DNA of 63,650 bases, the filler included. It is 9 parts of 9 records of this genome, joined end to end, with 100 filler letters (N's around TTAATTAATTAA, not from the genome) between each part and the next. Parts side by side here need not be neighbours in the genome. Positions count along the whole stretch, not along the records: positions 55,966 to 63,650 come from SRR31147125_44101; 8 more parts are not named here. One strand, written 5' to 3'. The translations under genes were made by a program, and so were the position numbers. The notes under the pieces are model-generated. The model saw only the letters and a program-made list of their open reading frames with translations. It ran no database searches and had not been told where the DNA came from. Below are positions 60,189 through 63,650 of this stretch, piece after piece. Numbering within the stretch: position 1 is the first letter of the stretch; each line of letters starts with the position of its first letter.

Positions 60189-62279
60189 ATGAAAGTCTAT
60201 GAAACTTCAAAAATTAGAAACGTAGCTTTAGTTGGAAGTAAGGGCGTTGGAAAAACCAGTTTGGTTGACAACGCTCTTTTTATTTCCGGTGGAAATTCAA
60301 GATTGGGTAAAGTCGATGATGGTACCTCAATGTTGGATACAGATAGTCATGAATTAAAACGTCAGCAGACAATGTTGTGTAAGGTTATGCCGATTGAGTG
60401 GAGAGGGCATAAGATTAATTTAATTGATACTCCAGGTTATGCTGATTTTGTAGGCGAAACCTTGTCAGGTCTTTTTGTTGCAGATGTTGCTGCTTTGCTT
60501 GTTGATGCTTCGGCGGGAGTGGAAATCCCAACAAAGCGTATATATGGCTATGTTGAAAAGATGAATAAGCCACGTGTCTATATCATTAATAAAGTAGATA
60601 ATGAACATTCAGACTTTGATATGGCGGTTAAGTCAATCAGAGAAACTCTTTCAAATAGAGCTGTCCTGATTCAAATGCCAATTGGTACGGGTACTAGTTT
60701 TAAAGGTGTTGTAGACCTCCTTTCAATGAAGGCGTATGACTCTTCATCCGGCAAGTCTAAAGAGATTAATATCCCTGACGATATGAAAGATGCTGTCTCT
60801 AATGCGAGAACAGAAATTATTGAAACAGTTGCTGAAAATGATGAATCTTTGATGGAAAAATATTTGAGTGGTGAAGAGCTTTCCGAAGCTGAAGTTAAGA
60901 CGGGTCTTGTCAAAGGTGTTGTTAGTGGTGAGTTTCAGCCAATACTTATTTGCAGTGCTGGAGAAGCTATTGGGATTGAAAGTCTTATGAATACAATTAT
61001 TGATTGGTTGCCAGACCCATCAGCAGTAAATTTTCCAGGTGCTCATAAAGTTGATTCCGAAGATGTTGTGTCTTTCAAGGTTGCTGAAAATGAACCTCTC
61101 AGCGCTTATGTTTTCAAGACGACTTCAGATCCGGGTATTGGAGATCTCTTTTTCTTCAAAGTATGTTCTGGCAAGTTGTCAAATGGTTCAGATGTTCAAA
61201 ATGTAACTAAACGTTCGGGCGAACGCCTCGGTCATATCTTTATTATGAAGGGTAAAGAGCGTGATGAAGTTGCTTCAATTAGCGCAGGAGATATAGGTGC
61301 TGTTGCTAAACTCAAGACAACAACAATGGGTGACACTTTAACTGATAAGTCGAATCAGTTTGTTTTTGATGGCGTTGCATATCCAAAGCCAATGGTTTCG
61401 CTCTCCGTTATTCCAAAGAGTAAGCAGGATCAAGATAAACTTGGAGCAGGTCTATCTAAATTTATGGCAATTGATCCAACTTTTAGAATGCGTCTTGATA
61501 AAGAATTTAACGAAACAATTATTTCAGGTGTTGGAGAATCTCATCTTGAGGTTATCTTGGAAAAATTGAAAGAGAGATTTGGAATTGAGCTTGAAGTTGG
61601 AAAACCAAGAATTCCATATAGAGAAACAATTAAGAAAACAGTCAAGGTTCAGCACAAACATAAAAAACAATCAGGTGGTAAAGGTCAGTATGGTGAATGT
61701 TACCTAGAAGTTGTTCCCCTTGCTTCCGGTAAGGGTTTCGAATTTGAAGATAAGATTGTCGGTGGAGCGATTCCGAGTAAATATATTCCTGCCATTGAAA
61801 AGGGTGTGAGAGATTCAATGAGGAAGGGTGCAGTTGCTGGTTATCCAGTTGTAGATGTTAAAGTTATTGTCTTTGATGGTAGTTACCATGATGTTGATTC
61901 TTCTGATATGGCTTTTCAGATTGCGGGTGCTGCGGCTTTTAGAAAAGCACAAAAAGAAGCGGCTCCATTATTGCTTGAACCTATAATGGAAATTGAAGTG
62001 ACCGTCCCTAAAGATTTTGTTGGAGATGTTTCAAGTGATATCAGTGGAAGAAGGGGCAGGGTTGCTGGTATGGATCATCAGGGTTCTATGGGGATTGTAA
62101 AAGCTCAGGTTCCTCTTGCAGAATTATATAAATATTCAACAACGATTCGTTCAATGACTTCAGGTGCTGGTTCTCATACAATGGATTTTTCACACTATGA
62201 AGCTGTTCCAGCTCATGCTGCTCAGAAAATTATTGATGAGACAAAGAAGTTGAAAGAGGAGAAGGAAGCTGAGAAATAA
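60189..62279 (+). CDS. fusA: elongation factor G paralogue (EF-G2-like)
   Basis: IRNVALVG..GVGKT, DTPG, NKVD, PYRETI, KKQSGGKGQYG, DGSYHDVDSS; ATG 60189 after a GGAGG RBS. Confidence 0.92.
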   Translation: MKVYETSKIRNVALVGSKGVGKTSLVDNALFISGGNSRLGKVDDGTSMLDTDSHELKRQQTMLCKVMPIEWRGHKINLIDTPGYADFVGETLSGLFVADVAALLVDASAGVEIPTKRIYGYVEKMNKPRVYIINKVDNEHSDFDMAVKSIRETLSNRAVLIQMPIGTGTSFKGVVDLLSMKAYDSSSGKSKEINIPDDMKDAVSNARTEIIETVAENDESLMEKYLSGEELSEAEVKTGLVKGVVSGEFQPILICSAGEAIGIESLMNTIIDWLPDPSAVNFPGAHKVDSEDVVSFKVAENEPLSAYVFKTTSDPGIGDLFFFKVCSGKLSNGSDVQNVTKRSGERLGHIFIMKGKERDEVASISAGDIGAVAKLKTTTMGDTLTDKSNQFVFDGVAYPKPMVSLSVIPKSKQDQDKLGAGLSKFMAIDPTFRMRLDKEFNETIISGVGESHLEVILEKLKERFGIELEVGKPRIPYRETIKKTVKVQHKHKKQSGGKGQYGECYLEVVPLASGKGFEFEDKIVGGAIPSKYIPAIEKGVRDSMRKGAVAGYPVVDVKVIVFDGSYHDVDSSDMAFQIAGAAAFRKAQKEAAPLLLEPIMEIEVTVPKDFVGDVSSDISGRRGRVAGMDHQGSMGIVKAQVPLAELYKYSTTIRSMTSGAGSHTMDFSHYEAVPAHAAQKIIDETKKLKEEKEAEK

Positions 62280-63030
62280 AAAGAGGGAAATAATATCAGG
62301 TGTTAATCCGATCTATGAAGCTCTAAAAGCTGGAAAGAGAAAGATAGAGAAAATATGGATTGCACACAAAGATACATCTGGTTTGTCTGGAGAGATTTTA
62401 TCGTTGGCTTCACAAAAGAAGGTGCAGGTTATAAAAACTTCTCGTGAAGAGATATTTAATCTCTCCAGGATTGAAAAACACCAAGGTATTATTGCTGAAA
62501 TTGAACAATTTGAATATTCCTCAGTAGAATCTATCTTAAATATAGGTAAGGATGATCCGTCGGGACACTTTATTGTAGTTCTTGATAATATCTTAGATCC
62601 TCAGAATTTGGGATCGATAATAAGGACTGCTCACCTCTGCGGAGTTCATGGCGTCATTATTCCTGAGAGAAATTCGGCATCAATTGGGCCAGCTTCGACA
62701 AGAGCATCTGCTGGGGCCGTCGAATATATACCTATTGCAAGGGTTACAAATATTGCTAAAACCCTTAAAGAGCTAAAAAATGATGGAATTTGGGTCTCTG
62801 GGGCCGAAGGCGGGGGCAAAAGTCTATATTCCCATGAATTTTCAGGTAGTTGCGCGATTGTAATAGGTAGTGAAGGTCAGGGAATGAGACGTTTAGTGAG
62901 AGAAAATTGCGATTTTTTGCTAGAAATACCGATGAATCCGGTAAATCCTGGTGTCGGTTCGTATAATGCTTCTGTTGCTGCGGCTATGTTTATGGGAGAG
63001 GCCTCAAGGCAGCGGTTAAATAGAGCGTAA
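62269..63030 (+). CDS. rlmB: 23S rRNA Gm2251 methyltransferase (SPOUT); probable CTG start at 62269
   Basis: IISGVNPIYEAL, HQGI.A, LDNILDPQNLGSIIRT, IGSEGQGM, SYNASVA. Confidence 0.92.
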   Translation: MRNKKREIISGVNPIYEALKAGKRKIEKIWIAHKDTSGLSGEILSLASQKKVQVIKTSREEIFNLSRIEKHQGIIAEIEQFEYSSVESILNIGKDDPSGHFIVVLDNILDPQNLGSIIRTAHLCGVHGVIIPERNSASIGPASTRASAGAVEYIPIARVTNIAKTLKELKNDGIWVSGAEGGGKSLYSHEFSGSCAIVIGSEGQGMRRLVRENCDFLLEIPMNPVNPGVGSYNASVAAAMFMGEASRQRLNRA

Positions 63031-63058
63031 AAAAAGAGAGATAAAAGCTTAAAATCAC

Positions 63059-63094
63059 TTGACATATACTCGATTCTTCCATAAAAAGCGCCCC
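63059..63094 (+). promoter_or_regulatory. stable-RNA (stringent-type) promoter of the tRNA cluster
   Basis: TTGACA-17 bp-TAAAAA followed by the GC-rich discriminator GCGCCCC. Confidence 0.6.
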
Positions 63095-63198
63095 AATTGC
63101 GTTTTTTGTAAGATAATTTTCGCTGGCTCACACGGGATAGCGGTGTGTGCTGGTGTCTTTTAAGTTGTTGGATTTGTTATTTGAAAATAAATTTTTTG

Positions 63199-63274
63199 GC
63201 CAGCGTAGCTCAGTTGGTAGAGCAACTGATTTGTAATCAGTAGGTCATCGGTTCGACTCCGTTCGCTGGCTCCA
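63199..63274 (+). tRNA. tRNA-Thr(TGT)
   Basis: GCCAGCG/CGCTGGC acceptor stem, anticodon arm CTGAT-TTGTAA-TCAG, GGTTCGA T-loop, encoded CCA. Confidence 0.97.
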
Positions 63275-63314
63275 CTTTAAATAAATGCTAAAGTTTTTAA
63301 CATTTTTTTAAGTT

Positions 63315-63397
63315 GGAGGGGTACCCGAGTGGCCAAAGGGGACGGGCTGTAAACCCGTTGGCATACGCCTACGAAGGTTCGAATCCTTCCCCCTCCA
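63315..63397 (+). tRNA. tRNA-Tyr(GTA)
   Basis: GGAGGGG/CCCCTCC acceptor, ACGGG-CTGTAAA-CCCGT anticodon arm, long variable arm; CCA not encoded. Confidence 0.96.
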
Positions 63398-63403
63398 CAT
63401 TTT

Positions 63404-63474
63404 GCGGGAGTAGCTTAGTGGTAAAGCCCCGGCCTTCCAAGCCGGTTACGAGGGTTCGATCCCCTTCTCCCGCT
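63404..63474 (+). tRNA. tRNA-Gly(TCC)
   Basis: GCGGGAG/CTCCCGC acceptor, CCGGC-CTTCCAA-GCCGG anticodon arm; CCA not encoded. Confidence 0.96.
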
Positions 63475-63603
63475 CAGTACGTAGAGTTCTTCAGTATTTG
63501 CGACAATGAACGTTGCCGCAAAAGCTAGAAAAAGTTGAGTGCTGCGAAACGAAGTGAAGTAGTGCTTAGTTTCAAAAGAGTCGAAGTAAGTGGTAAAAAT
63601 ACT

Positions 63604-63650
<47 letters not shown>

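Noticed and set aside
63397..63477. tRNA-Tyr and tRNA-Gly lacking an encoded CCA
   Set aside because: Common in bacteria, where the CCA-adding enzyme completes the end; not evidence of pseudogenes.

Overview
The window is not one locus. It is nine unrelated contigs, probably metagenomic, joined by 100-nt artificial linkers (N44-TTAATTAATTAA-N44). (1) 1-8523, Clostridia-like: PTS-EIIC/EAL fusion, ku-ligD NHEJ operon, padR-DUF1048x2-ABC exporter operon, ending at an IS3-family terminal repeat. (2) 8624-14938: dnaE 3' end, Yip1 protein, carAB. (3) 15039-21883: flavin oxidoreductase tail coupled to a metallophosphoesterase and a ParB/Srx-Lrp/AsnC fusion, a hybrid histidine kinase and a PAS-GGDEF-EAL protein. 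(4) 21984-28552: a second, unrelated carAB, a sodium:solute symporter and REP-like palindromes. (5) 28653-34303, AT-rich: P-type ATPase tail and livKHMGF. (6) 34404-40019: an island with a tyrosine integrase, two small genes, a PD-(D/E)xK nuclease convergent with a 5mC methyltransferase, and an XRE-like regulator. (7) 40120-48155: spirochaete fliF-flgE flagellar operon. (8) 48256-55865: yhaM-like, holB, PSP1, metG, yggT, divIVA, DUF167 and a triosephosphate-isomerase homologue. (9) 55966-63650: glmM, GT4, Ldh_2, an EF-G paralogue, rlmB and a Thr-Tyr-Gly-Thr tRNA cluster. The best leads are the phosphoesterase + ParB-AsnC module, a TIM homologue whose catalytic Glu is replaced by Cys, perfect 19-bp direct repeats bracketing the nuclease promoter, a long hairpin ahead of the integrase, a very acidic small protein beside the R-M pair, and two probable CUG starts. 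Many single-base frameshifts in homopolymers look like sequencing errors. All assignments come from motif recognition by eye; no database searches were run, and the taxonomic labels are impressions only.
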